From assembly GCA_964016885.1 (NCBI GenBank), contig OZ024756.1, positions 42,656,001 through 42,720,000 of the forward strand: 64,000 nt of DNA, written 5' to 3'. The translations under genes and the position numbers were made by a program. The DNA comes from Eledone cirrhosa (Eukaryota). The stretch's first letter is position 1. Each line of letters opens with the position of its first letter. This document shows, piece by piece, positions 29,051 through 42,024 of this stretch. Below the pieces are notes generated by a model, which worked only from the letters and a program-made list of their open reading frames with translations, made no database searches and was not told where the DNA came from.

Positions 29051-29451
29051 GAGATCAGCAAAATATTCTCTCCACCTTTACCAACAAAGATCTGTCTTTT
29101 ATATTGTATACATACATGTGTGTGTGGGTGATGGTGGTGTAAACCATCATTTGACTCCATGGAGACGCTGGTTGCAAAACACGTGTATCATTGACAACGC
29201 AGAAAGAATCCCTTATGGTTGTCTGCCAATCTACTAGAAATAGCAGTCAGGTTGGTTATCACACCTATGATGTTTTTCTTCTTCTTTGATGTTATAAAAT
29301 GTGCATCAATAAACCTTTCTGGGTATGTACCTTTATTCTATTGGTGTACTTACTTTTCAATTGTCAGTTTTCATTTTTGTATGTGTGAAGACTCCAACCA
29401 ACAAACATCTTCCTCTTATAATATGTATATTGCTTCATATTAACTATACTG

Positions 29452-29532
<81 letters not shown>

Positions 29533-29679
29533 AAACAGAATATGTTCTCCATTGTGAATTTACTGATCACTATATATAAACAATCCCTGAGTGTTGTAAT
29601 AATTGACCCAAATATTAGGTGTCAGGAAGGGCATCCAGCTCTAAAGCATTGCCTCAAAAAATCCCATACAATGTGTATA

Positions 29680-31280
29680 AGGCAAAACACAACCAAAATA
29701 GATTTCATCCTCATCAGAAAGCAAGATAGAGTGATGATCATAAACACAAAGTCCCTCCCATGTGAGGAATGTACTACTCAACACAACCTAGTAGTCAGTG
29801 GCTTGCTAATTAAAGCTAAACCAACTTGGAGACAGAAGGCAACTTAGAGGATTGTAGGACACAATCTGGGATGGTAGGACACACCATATTGTAAACCAAG
29901 CATTACAAAATGTTGCCAAACCCAATGACTGGCATAGTATCATCATCAACAACTGCTACAAGAGCAAAGGTGATGCACTAGAGTAACTATTGTGGCATCA
30001 AATTGATGGACCAGGTCATGAAAGTTACAGAGTTATTGTACAACTGATTGGGAATCGAATTAACCTAGATAAGATGAAGTTTAGATTTATGCCAGGAAAA
30101 AGTAACATGGTTGCTCTCTTCCTTGTGAGGCAACTGCAGAAGAAGTACCCCATGAAAAGCAAACTCCTCTACTTGGAATTTGTCGACCTAGAGAAAGCTT
30201 TTGACAGGATGCTCTGTTCTGTAATCTGGTGAATAGTTAACAAACCTGAAGAAGCATAGTGGCTGGTAAGGGCCATGTACAGAGATGTTGTCAGCAAGGT
30301 TAAAATTTATAATGACTGTAGCGAAGAGTTTAGCATGCAAGTTGGGGTCCACTAAGGCTCCATCTTTAGCCCTCTCCTGTTTATTACCGTCCTCCAGGCT
30401 ATAACAAAAAAGTTTAAAACTCTTGGGAACTTCTGTATGCTGATGATCTAACCCTCATAGCTGAATCTATGACAGAACTAGAGAAAAAATTCCTAACCTG
30501 GAATCAAAAGGTCTTAAAGTCAATTTGGCAAAGACCAAAGTTCTAGTAAGTAGTAAGGAAAACAAGACCCTGCTCAGTGTATAAGAAAGGGTGAGTAGAA
30601 ATTCCATCCTCTGTCCCAAATGCTGACTATTGGTACTCAAGAGATGTAGTAGGATCTCAAGTAGGTTAGCTAAGAACATAGAATTTATATGCGGTCATTG
30701 CACAGGAGCAGTAAGTAACACACACCCACATGAAACAAGTGCTATCAAATTATTGAAAGGTTTCATAAAAGCACTTGACAGCTTCTATTACCCTGGTGAT
30801 CATATCAGCAATAGAGATGGTTGCTCTGAATGTACAGTAACCAGAGTGAGAATGGGATGGTAAAAGTTCAGGCTGCTACTACCACTGCTAGCTAAAAAGG
30901 GTTTTCCTTCAAAATGAAAGGCAGATATGATGCATGTATATAAACAACAATGTTACATGGTAGTTAGATGTGGGCGCTGTGTGTAGAGGACCTATGAAGA
31001 TTGCAAAGAAATGAAGCTAGCATGCTTCAAGTTATGTGTAATAGAAATATACATGAATGGCAAAGCATAAATGAACTGAGAGAATCTGGGCATAAGAAGG
31101 ATCAGATGAAATGTGCAGGAAGGGAAATTTTGTTGGTATGAACATGTGATGCATATAAAGGAAGACAGATAAATAACAAGGTGATGAGCGCTCAAAGTTG
31201 ATGGAAGCTAAGGAATAGAAAGACCTAGGAAGGCTTGGGGTGAGGTGAGAAAAGCTGATCTCGCACAATTGCACCTCAAA
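29680..31280 (+). mobile_element. Heavily degenerate RTE LINE
   Basis: FVDLEKAFDR; homologous to 42540-44516. Confidence 0.85.
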
Positions 31281-32235
31281 ACAAGAATTTACCAGCATCA
31301 AAACAGTTTCAGAAACCAGGCTTGGAAAAAGACCATGACACTATCGAGCTGTGTATGGGACCTGAGTGATAAAATACACCTTTCAAGTTGTAATTAAATA
31401 TCTTGAGAAAGGCAAAACTGTACACTGGAGGAGGCCTTACATGCAACCTCTTCTTCCAGGAGACCATAAATATATTTTGTGCAAAGGAATAACTACTCCA
31501 CAAAAAGGGCCAACTTGCTACATCATGTAAACACAGGATATACAAAACTTGCCTCAACCTCAACCTCTTGCATAATCCTGAAGTGATGACAATGGAAGAT
31601 GTAAATATACCAGCAACACAATAGCACTTCACAGTAGTCAAACAAATTATTTCAACAATGGACATAGAAGGTATACATACAGACGACTGAACACATAATA
31701 CTAACTACCACCCTATTGTGTCTACATTGCCAAAAGCTTTCCTGTAGAATAAGGTATACATAAAGATAGGTAGGTCCTCAAACTGTTTGCTTTGTCCTTT
31801 ATTGCAGGTCCTCAAGCAGTGTATGTACTCTGTCCTTTGTTGCATGTCCCAAAACAATCTCTGTATTCTGTCCTCTGTTGCAGGATCTCAAACTGTTTAC
31901 ACTGTCCTTTGTTTCAGGTCCTTCAACTGTTAGCTTGTTCCGTCCCTTGTTGCAGGCCCTCATATTGTCTCTGTGCATTGGAACGTTTAGTCTCAAAAAA
32001 TATCTAGTCAGAAAAGAGCCATTCTTTTAAAAAAAATATAACCTGATCTTGTGTATTAATTGGTTCATATGAAAATTTCACCTTTTAAGGTAATTAAAGA
32101 TTTGGTATTGCCATTGTTGTGAGTTGTTGTTGCAGGTATTGTTGTTGCCATTGTTGTTGTACTTGTTGCTGTTGTAATAGTAGTTGTTGTTGTTATTTTC
32201 TTTCCTGTAAGGTTTTTATCTCATGCAACAGTCAC

Positions 32236-32401
32236 TTACTCAACCCTTTTGGAAGGTTCAGCAGTTCCTTTCCCAGCATGCTTGGGACTTACAGCAGTTA
32301 TTTTCCCAACATTCTTGTTAGATTCGGAAATTATTTTCTCAACATTCTTGTGAGATTCGGTAATTATTTTCCCAACATTCTTGGGAGCTTCGCCGTGAAC
32401 C
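32236..32401 (-). CDS. Ig-cluster copy B, terminal coding exon: cytoplasmic tail with an 11-aa repeat
   Basis: Acceptor tttcaacag; (G)VHG-EAPKNVGKIIT-ESHKNVEKIIS-ESNKNVGKITA-VSPKHAGKGTA-EPSKRVE*. Confidence 0.75.
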
Positions 32402-33849
32402 CTGTTGAAATATAAGCAAAACAGTTGTCAAATATGTTGTCTCTACTGCCGCACACTGTAAGAAACAATCTCTCATTCTGGTGCTCTCTCTCTGTCACTC
32501 TCTCACTATCTGTCATGTATATATATATATCATCATCATCATCATTTCATTTAACGTCTGTTTTTTCCCTGCTTGCAAGGGTGGGACGGGAACTGATTTT
32601 GGCTTGGTTTCTACAGTTGGATGCCCTTCTTAACACCAACCTCATTTACAGTGAGTGCTGGGTGCTTTTTTGCCGTGGCACCTGCACGACCACTTTGTAG
32701 TGGAATGATATGGACCCCAGTCCCTATCATCTCATTTCTACAGCTGAGTAAACTGGAGCAATGTGAAATAAAGTGTCTTGCTCAAGGAAACAACACATCA
32801 CCCGGTCTGAGAATTGAACTCACAACCCTTCGATTACAAGGCCAATGCTCTAACCACTAAGCCATGTGCCTCCATATATATATATATATATATACTGAAT
32901 TCATGACTTATTTAAGTTCATGGTACTAATAGTTTCATAGACTGACCTGTTTAACTATATACAAGGCAATATCATCTGGAAATCAAGACATATCCCCTGA
33001 GCAAGATAACATCTGGAAGTTAAGACTCATCCCCTGGGATGGATCACATCAGGAGGTTATGACACCTCCCCTGGGCTGAATAACATCTGGAGGTTAAAGA
33101 CTTGTTCAGTGGATCACTAAGATCTATACGTTCAAACAGGAACAATTCCAAAGCAATAAAATTGTCTAAAAAAGTGGAATTTTAATTACAATTTCATGTT
33201 TTTATATTGTATATCATGATTTAGTAAATTCTTAGAATGTTCAGGTGACATTTTCTTACTTATACTCCTACACCTGGGCTGAATTTGAAAAATGTGACAT
33301 TAATTATAAAGCTAAGTTTCAATTCTAAAATATAGAACTGTCCAATAGGAAAACTGCTATTCAAATTTCCCATAAACCATTGTTTCAAAGTATATAATGT
33401 ATATATAAAGACTGACTGGGTAAAGTAGTTTGGCATGAAGTCTGTTATTATTGAACCCCAAATCAACCCTGAATAAGTAAGCTTGTTATCAAATATATTT
33501 CTGTTACAACCATGCCACCTTTTTTAAAATCTATGTCTACACTAATGTCTTCTTTCTTGTTTTAAAAGTGGTGGGTGTGATTTGAGAGAGATTTGGCTGC
33601 TATTTTTAACTGATCAAGTGATAACATAGGTATGATATTATTGAGTGTAATTGAGGAAGGTGTGAACAACAAGCAGAGTTAGTACACACTACAAATAAGT
33701 TGTGGTAGGGTGTGAAGGTTGAGGAGGAAGTAAAGTTATAAAAGCAGTAAATGTGACAAAAATGAGGAGAAATAGCTGAGTAGAAGGAAATATTAATTTG
33801 AGGGTTACTCAGATAAAAAGGTAAAAAAGAAAAGAAGAGAATTACTCAC

Positions 33850-33895
33850 CCATTTGTTCCTGTTCCTGATGGTTGCCAAATGTTTTCTTTAAAAC
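33850..33895 (-). CDS. Copy B, 46-nt cytoplasmic exon
   Basis: Acceptor tttcactattcttctag, donor gtgagt; FKENIWQPSGTGTNG; phase 1 to 2 links the TM exon to the last exon in frame. Confidence 0.75.
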
Positions 33896-35138
33896 CTAGA
33901 AGAATAGTGAAAGAAAAATATTACAGGGAAAATAGTTCTAGGTGCTATATAATAATTGTTTCTACATTTGGCACAAGGCCAGCAATAATCCAGTGCATTA
34001 CTGGTACTTTATTTTATCGACCCCGTAAGGGTGAAAGGCAAAGTTAACCTCGGTGGGATTTGAACTCAGAATGGAAAGGGCCGTAACTCTATGCATCAAA
34101 GCATGGCGTCCGACACTCTACCGATACTGCCAATCCATCGCCCTAGGTGATATATAATAATGGTTTCTTATATAGGCACAAAGCCAACAATTTTGGGCAT
34201 GGGGAAAGTTGATTAAATTGACCCCAGTGCGTAACTGGTACTTTATTTTATTGACCCCGTAAGGATGAAAGGCAAAGTTAACCTTGGCAGGATTTGAACA
34301 CAGATCATAAAGGGCCGTAATAGATGATATATAATAATGGTATCTAACATAGGCACAAGGCCAGAAATCTTAGGGGGAGAAAATTAATTATATTCATTAT
34401 AGTACTTTACTGGTATTTTATTTTATTAACCCCAGAAGGATAAAAGGCAAAGCTGACTTCTGTAAAGGTCTAGAATAAATACTGTCAAGTTTTTGTTCAA
34501 CATTGACAACTCTGCCAGTCCAATGTATTGTTATATATACATAATGTCAAGCTATTGACAATATCATCATCATCACAACCATTTTATGTTTATTTTCCCT
34601 TCTTTCATGGTTTTAATGGGTTGTTATATTCTGAGGCTAGACAGGTAGGTCAGATAAATGTGTCTTACTCATACTTTCCATTTTGGCAGGGTTTATATCA
34701 TTGGTTGCCTTTCCTAAAGCCAACCACTTCACAGCATGACCAAGTTCATTTTCTCATGGCACCATCAATACCATCTGATAGGGTCAAATGGATGTTTAAG
34801 GGAAAGTTACATAAAATGAGATAAATATAAGTTAAGGACTGTATATTTGAAAATGTTAAATATATTTATTGTAGATATAACCACATTTTTTAATTAGAAG
34901 CCTTGCTGTGAAAGTAATAAAGTGTCAATTCACTTTCCACTACTCCTGATATGCACAGAAAAACATAAAAGACAAGAGATATATCCCAGTTTTTAGGATA
35001 GGTACACTGTATCTCAGCATGTGGTAACTAAAAAGATTGACGTCAGGAAGGGCATCTGGATGTAAAACATTGTCACAAAACATCACATACAAACAATGAT
35101 AGATCGAAAAGTGAACATAAAAACGATGATGTACTTAC

Positions 35139-35173
35139 ACTTCCTTCTCTTCACAAGACTTCTAATTAAAAAA
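35139..35173 (-). other. Copy B candidate 35-nt micro-exon (FLIRSLVKRRK if entered in phase 2)
   Basis: actacag acceptor, gtaagt donor; conserved as 36 nt in copy A (60142-60177). Confidence 0.55.
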
Positions 35174-35244
35174 CTGTAGTTATATTTACATTAAATTTAT
35201 TTCAAATTACTAAAGGTTGTTAAATCTGAAAGTTTATTACTAAC

Positions 35245-35361
35245 CTGCTGATTCATTTGATTGGGAAATACCCAAGAACCAAAGGAAAAGCATAGCAAGT
35301 AGGATAGCCCCTAAAACTCCAAGGATGGCACCAATAATAACTCTACCCACTGGTACAATAA
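35245..35361 (-). CDS. Copy B, transmembrane exon
   Basis: tcttgatag acceptor, AG|gttagt donor; VIVPVGRVIIGAILGVLGAILLAMLFLWFLGISQSNESA with a GxxxG motif. Confidence 0.82.
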
Positions 35362-36542
35362 CTATCAAGATAGAAAACAACAACAATAAGAAATGTTTCT
35401 AATATAGGTACATGATTTCAAATTAATGGGGAGAGTTTTAGGTCTGTAATAATTGAGCCAATTTCATTGAACAGTGACCTTATATGGTAGTGTACTGAAG
35501 CAAACTCTTTTGCAAATTTAAACAAAGTTTTAAGGTTGGTTTTCATATTTTATATAACCCTGGCTTCTCTTTCTTCCATCTCCTTTCAAAGGGGATGTTT
35601 GAATTCAGTCTGAATTTCAAGTAGTACACAGTTCAATTGTTGAGTATGTTAGGTAAAGATCCCCTGAAGTCAGGAAAAAGGAACAGAGAACGATGACAAT
35701 ACTGTATCAGAGCTTATAATATAATTGTTTGGATCACTCAATGTAGCTGCTCTCTTTGAAAAGAACCATTTCCATTTATACAATAAATACTATAATATGT
35801 CTGTGAGAGAACTACTACATAGCTGCAACATAAGGTTATGTCATAGCCACCTCTATGACAGCATGGACCCTATTTTAACAAATAAACACTGCACTGGGTA
35901 AGGAGGAAGCTTCTGTGGAATTGTTTAGTTGTAGATCATTCCTGATTAAGAACTGGGATTGATAGCATTTCTATGACTATATAAAATATGTTTTTCAACT
36001 GTCTGATTATGACCATTTACTGAAAGGGTTGGATGTGATTAGAAGGAGATTTGGCTGCTGTTTCTAGCAGGACAAATCATTTGCAGCTTAATCCATCTTA
36101 AAACTTAGTCATATAAAAATAATATTAACAGCAAGCTACATAATAAACTATTAGGTATCTGTCGTCATATAAACTCTAGTTCATTCCAAACTAAAATGAT
36201 AGTTGCTGTGGTTTAACTACAGATCAACTGTGATGGGACAGACCGATGACTAAAGACATTCCAGTTGTGACCATCCCATCATTTTCAGATTATTTAAAGA
36301 ATTCTGTCTTCCTTGAAGAGAATATGGTTATTTAAGCAAGTTGTATGACCATGTAAATATTTCCTATTTGGTGGCAGTGGTAATAAAGGTGGTAGAGTGG
36401 TTACAATGATGATGATGATGAACATGGTTGTAGTGGCAGTCATAGTGATAGTAGTTAAACTGATCAAGATTGTGAAAGTATAAATCCAAACACAAACACA
36501 GCAGTACAGAAACATAATATATATATACCACTGCTAGTATAT

Positions 36543-36607
<65 letters not shown>

Positions 36608-38376
36608 CTAGTAGTGGTACCCGGCGTTGCAAGGGATAAGGTATTTTTGGAACGCGGGCCGGCGTCAGACCTAATCGTGGAAAAACTGCATGCCTGGACA
36701 ATATGTAAAGAAAATAAACCGAATACCCTGATGGCTAGATAATTTTAAGCAGGAAAAATGCAGGTTTTCACCTAATGCAGGCCCTAAGGGATCAAGAAAA
36801 TAATATTTTTTTATATGCATAATATGCTTTGAAATTTCGGGAAAATCGGCTAGACGTAACGCCTCCAAAAAGCCTTAAAAAGCTGAATAAATGAAGTTTT
36901 TCACCTAATGCGGGCCCTAAGCCATAAAAAAGTTTGATTTTCTTTGTTCACGGTATGAAGAAGAGACTGACTAATACATAGTTACAATTTCAAGGAAATC
37001 GGTCTGACGTAACACCTCAAAATACTCCTAAAAAGCTTAAAAAACGCAGTTTTTCACCTAATGCGGGCCCTATGAGATGAAAAAGTTGAATTTTTTATGT
37101 GCATAACACTCCCTGAAACATAAATAATCCAGATGTAAAGTTTGAAAAAAAATCGGTTGTGTACTTCTCGAGTTTTAGGGATTCAAACTCAGACACACAC
37201 ACACACATACACACATACGGATATCCTCAGAGAAGTGACGTAATGCAGACAGCAGACATACAGAGAGCTATTATAAGGGCGCGACGTTATATGTATGTAT
37301 CTATCTAAAAAGAGAAAGACTAAGAATTATTGAGAGAGGTCGCTAAATTACCTTGAAATTGTTGATGGTTACCCTCCTTACTGGAGTGTCAGTGAACGGC
37401 TTACAAGGCCCTTTTAAGGGCCTTTGAAATAACCGATGGCGACCCTTTCGTTTAGGGCTGCCAGTGAACACGCACACGCCTCGGGGCCCATTTTATTGCA
37501 CCATTCCTCTCTAAATTGGTTAAATTATACCCACAGTTTGGTAAACGTTTGTCCAGTTGCGTTTACTTACTAAGGTGCGGTGGACTCCTTGGAGAAGGCT
37601 CCACATGCTGTCCGATTGCACGTCATGCCTTGCTCAAGCATTGCAGACTTCCCTCTGACATAAGTGGTGACATCTGTCCTGCTGACTCATGCCACTTTAT
37701 TAAAGTACAAAAGCACCAAGCCGATTTTCTCCACGTGGAAGGAGAAGCAAGCATACCTAATATTAATTGCATCAGAGCATTCGGTTTATTTTCTTTACAT
37801 ATTGTCCAGGCATGCAGTTTTTCCACGATTAGGTCTGTTGGCGGCCCGCGTTATGTTTCAGGGAGTGTTATGCACATAAAAAATTCAACTTTTTGATCTC
37901 CTAGTAATTAGGTGAAAATCCGCGTTTTTTCAGCCTTTTAGGGTATTTTGAGGTGTTACGTCAGTCCGATCTCCTTGAAATTGTAACTATGTATTAGTCA
38001 GTCTCTTCTTCATACTGTGAGCAAAGAAAATCCAATTTTTTTATGGCCTAGGGCCTGCATTAGGTGAAAAACTTCATTTATTCAGTTTTGGGGGTCTTTT
38101 TTTAGGCGTTACGTCTAGCCGCTTTTCCCGAAATTCCAAGGCATATTATGCACATAAAAAGAATTCATTTTCTTGATATCCTAGGGCCTGCATTAGGTGA
38201 AAACCTGCATTTTTCCTGCTTCATCGAGGAAAATCTTAAAAATTATCCAGCCATCAGGGTATTCGGTTTATTTTCTTTACATATTGTCCAGGCATGCAGT
38301 TTTTCCACGATTAAGTCTGTTGGCGGCTCGCATTCCAACATACCTTATCCCGTGCAACGCCGGGTACCACTGCTAG
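36608..38376. mobile_element. Two oppositely oriented Helitron-like copies forming a long inverted repeat in an intron of copy B
   Basis: CTAG termini at 36608 and 38376 with a CCCG..CGGG hairpin; about 36608-37120 is the reverse complement of about 37850-38376. Confidence 0.8.
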
Positions 38377-38929
38377 TATATATATATATATATATCTGTG
38401 TGTGTGTGTGTGTGTATTATATACACAGTGTATATATAATATATAATATATGTGTGTGTATTATATATACATTGTATATATAATATATATATATTTATAT
38501 GTGTGTGTATTATATATACAGTGTATATCTAATATATATATATGTGTGTGTGTAATATATAGACAGTGTATATATATATATATGTGTGTGTGTATTATAT
38601 AGACAGTGTATATATTAGTTGTAAGGTGCCAAGCTGTAGCTGTCTTAGGTCCCCCTCATGTTACCCCAGTGACGTCATGTTGGTCAGACAGATTATATAT
38701 TAGATAATTATATTATTAATTGGCAGTAATCGGTAGAGCGTCGGACACCCATGCTTGGCGGCATAGAGTTGCGGCTCTTTACCTTCTAAGTTCAAATCAC
38801 GCCGAGGTTAGCTTTTACTTTCATCTTTACGGGTGTCGGTATGATAAAGTACCAGTAGCACACTGGGGTCGATTTAATCTGCCCCCCCCCCCAAAAAAAT
38901 TGCTGGCCTTGTGTTTAAATTATTAACAA

Positions 38930-39407
38930 TCTCTATATATAAAGTGGCAGTTCCTGTTTGTTCACGAACTCCTCTTATGGTTTTGTAGATAGACCCCCAT
39001 AACCACATATATTATGAAACTAGATTGCACAGGGTACTTGGATAAGTATATTTCACTATAATCAAACGGTTCCCGGGGGTACAAACCCCCGATGAAAATG
39101 TTTTCCCTTCGATTTATATGAAATTTAAACCATAGGTAATTGACAAGATATGATGCCTATTCACAAAAGAATTGATATTTTGAAAAACATTATTTACAAG
39201 AAACAAAAAAAGAATAAGATTTAATAATGTTATTTTGATTACAAAAAATAATGTTTTCCAATTTTTCATGCATTACATTTTACACTGAGTAATATTGAAA
39301 TGCAGAGTTTTTCTCCATAAATTATATCACTGATTTAGAATCAATCATCATTTTATTACAAAAAAAAAAATGTGTGAAACGCAGCAAGGCGCGGGTAATT
39401 CGGCTAG
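38930..39407 (+). mobile_element. Non-autonomous Helitron
   Basis: A|TCTCTATATATAAAG 5' end and ...GCGCGGGTAATTCGGCTAG|T 3' end; inserted between A and T. Confidence 0.75.
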
Positions 39408-39560
39408 TATATAATATATATATTATATATATTATATATATATATATTATATATATATATAATATATATTATATATATATATATATATATTATATATATT
39501 ATATATATATATATTATATATATTATATATATATATATTATATATATATATAATATATAT

Positions 39561-39592
<32 letters not shown>

Positions 39593-39701
39593 TATATATA
39601 TATATTATATATATTATATATATATTATATATATTATATATATATATATATTATATATATTATATATATATATATATTATATATATTATATATATATATA
39701 T

Positions 39702-39733
<32 letters not shown>

Positions 39734-39969
39734 ATATTATATATATATTATATATATATATATTATATATATATATATATATTATATATATATATATTAT
39801 ATATATATTATATATATATTATATATATATATATTATATATATATTATATATATATATTATATATATATTATATATATATATATATATATTATATATATT
39901 ATATATATATATATTATATATATATATATATTATTTATATATATTATATATATATATATATATTATTTA

Positions 39970-40009
<40 letters not shown>

Positions 40010-40859
40010 ATAATAATATATATATATATATTATATATAATATATATATATATATTATATATATATATATATATATTATATATTATATATATTATATATA
40101 TATATATATTATATATTATATATATATATATATATTATATATATATATATATTATATATTATATATATTATATATATATATATTATATATATATATATTA
40201 TATATATATATATATATATTATATAAATGAAAGGTATAGAAAACATTGTAGCAAAAAGCCAACAGTATTCCATAATATATATATATATTATATATATATA
40301 TTATATATATATATATTATATATATATTATATATATATGTGTAAATGAAGTAATTCCGTCGGAAAAGTCCAGGAAAAAAGAGTGCTCTATGTAGGTAACA
40401 GAGCCTAATAGTTATGTAATAAACAACGTAAGGCAATTATTTCATTTACCAGTGGTTTCTTAAAAGCAAAAAAAATTTTGCTTTCACTTATCAGAATGAA
40501 AAAATCCTAGGATTACACACGCTAAGGAACCGAGGTTATTCCATTTCTGTCAGCAAATGACTGGCGAAACAGATCTCTTTGGATTTGTACGTGTGTTATA
40601 TAGTTATAGAGGTATTTATTTACGCTTTAATTTATATTTTTAATTATCGTGTCTATTGTCTGCCTTTCATAGGTTATAGATTCCATACACTGGTGGTTTT
40701 TTCCCTGTTTTATTGATAGCGCACTGTATATCTCTCTCTAGTGTGTTAACTTTTCAACATATTGTATTTTAAAGAGCTCAGGATTTCTTCTCAATTGTGC
40801 ACATTATTTACAGGGAATGGCGAGGCTCTATGGCTCCGTTAATTTATCGGTATATATAT

Positions 40860-41830
40860 AATCATCATCATCATCATCATCACCGTTTTACGTCCGTTCT
40901 TCCACGCTAGCATGGGTTAGACGGGTTGTCCTGTTGTGGGCAGTGTCTGTTCGGCTGACAATGCCTTGCTCATACAGGAACTGATTTGGCTTGATTTCTA
41001 CAGCTGGATGCTCTTCCTAACACCAACCTCATTTACAGTGAGTGCTGAGTGCTTTTTCGTGGTGCCTACACGTCCACTTTACAGTGTGGGCTGGGTGCTT
41101 TTTTGGCGTGGCACCTCCACGACCACCTTGCAGTGGGAGGGTGTGGGGGCATATTGTCTATATGCTTCAGCTTGTACCCATGGGAGGTCGGGTACTCTGT
41201 ATTACTGCGTGACGCCAGAGGTCACGGTCGTGTGTCATCGCCTTTGAGAGGTGTAATTGGGTAAGGTCGGCTTTTATCACCTCATCCCAGGCCATCTTGG
41301 GTCTCCCCACTCCGCGGTTTACATCGACTTCTAGTGCTCTGCACCTTTTTATGCAGCTGTCATCCTTCATACGCATCACATGTCCATACCAGTGCAACTG
41401 CCTCTCCTGCACACAGCATTTGATTCCTCTTATGCTCAGTCTCTCTCTCAATTCATTTATGCTTTGTCGTTCACGTATATTACTGTTACACATCCATCGG
41501 AGCATGCAGGCTTCATTTCTCTCTAATCTACGTAAGTCTTCCACCTTCACCGCCCAGGTCTCACTACCATGCAACATCGCTGTTCGGATACACGCATCAT
41601 ACAGTCTGCCTTTCATTTTGAGGGAGAAGCCTTTTGCAGCTAGCAGTGGTAGTAGTTCCCTAAACTTCTTCCATCCCGTTCTTACCCTAGTTATTGTACT
41701 TTCTGAACACCCACCTCCGCTGCTAATTCGGTCACCTAGGTAGCAGAAGCTGTCTACTGTTTCTACAGAGCCCTCCCAGAGATTGGTGGTACTTGTTTCC
41801 TGTGGCTGTTTGCTGCTTGCTGTCCCAGCA
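40860..41830 (-). mobile_element. RTE LINE 3' fragment with (GAT)n tail
   Basis: KGRLYDACIRTAMLHGSETW, WYGHVMR, GRPK; CAT repeats at the 3' end. Confidence 0.9.
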
Positions 41831-41860
41831 CAGCTGCTGCATATATATTATATATATAAT

Positions 41861-42011
<151 letters not shown>

Positions 42012-42024
42012 TATATATATATTC

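Noticed and set aside
32119-32415. Plus-strand Cys-rich ORF (MSCCCRYCCC...)
   Set aside because: Antisense to the copy B terminal exon and its ACA-rich downstream stretch.
36294-36515. Duplicated hydrophobic ORF (also 62772-63011) as a TM exon
   Set aside because: That frame needs phase-2 entry, incompatible with the phase-1 Ig2 donor, and has no clear donor site.
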